Of a DNA stretch of 64,000 bases, positions 63,926-64,000 are shown in pieces. Source of the stretch: Candidatus Eiseniibacteriota bacterium (GTDB lineage Bacteria > Eisenbacteria > RBG-16-71-46); the NCBI GenBank assembly GCA_963717935.1, contig CAVQXP010000004.1, forward strand, positions 1,248,001 through 1,312,000, read 5' to 3'. Below the pieces are notes generated by a model that worked only from the letters and a program-made list of their open reading frames with translations, was not told the DNA's origin and searched no databases. Each line of letters opens with the position of its first letter. Position 1 is the stretch's first letter. Made by a program: the position numbers and the translations under genes.

Positions 63926-64000
63926 GCCGCGGGAGGGACGCGAGCCGAGGGAGGGACGTGAATCCCGCGAGGAGCCCCGCGAGTCCGGCGAGCCGCGCGA
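63870..64000 (+). repeat. degenerate tandem repeat (CGCGAGCCGCGGGAG-like units, REPRE-coding)
   Basis: Repeated GAGCCGCG(C/G)GAG units running to the window end. Confidence 0.6.

Overview
High-GC bacterial chromosome segment from a diderm. The C-terminal FlgD-like and 'TTWGxLKxxYR' tails suggest Candidatus Eisenbacteria or a relative (inference). Most of the window is housekeeping: rmlA/rmlD-gmhA-ubiA-ispE-spoVG-tRNA-Gln-prs-rplY-pth-rpsF-ssb-rpsR-rplI, selA, smc-ftsY, radC-archease, L,D-transpeptidase-hldA/C, sucCD-ndk and yceD-rpmF-plsX-fabDG-acpP-fabF-rnc. From about 56.1 kb onward these genes carry many frameshifts, most likely sequencing errors. The notable region is 29.6-43.0 kb, where one intact comM (YifB) gene is bracketed by duplicated pieces of itself. 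A diverged 3' third breaks off exactly at the NP|CKCG motif. A 201-bp near-identical 5' piece ends exactly at a sigma54-type promoter. Each duplication encloses a lower-GC cassette of secreted hydrolases with C-terminal sorting-type tails (a C39-like peptidase plus lipoprotein and a tandem-XRE regulator; an S8 protease plus a TTWG-tail protein), and neither encodes an integrase. Two IS3-family elements with exact 4-bp target duplications sit in this region. Three sigma28-like promoters precede two hybrid-kinase loci and a Cys-less redoxin-like gene.
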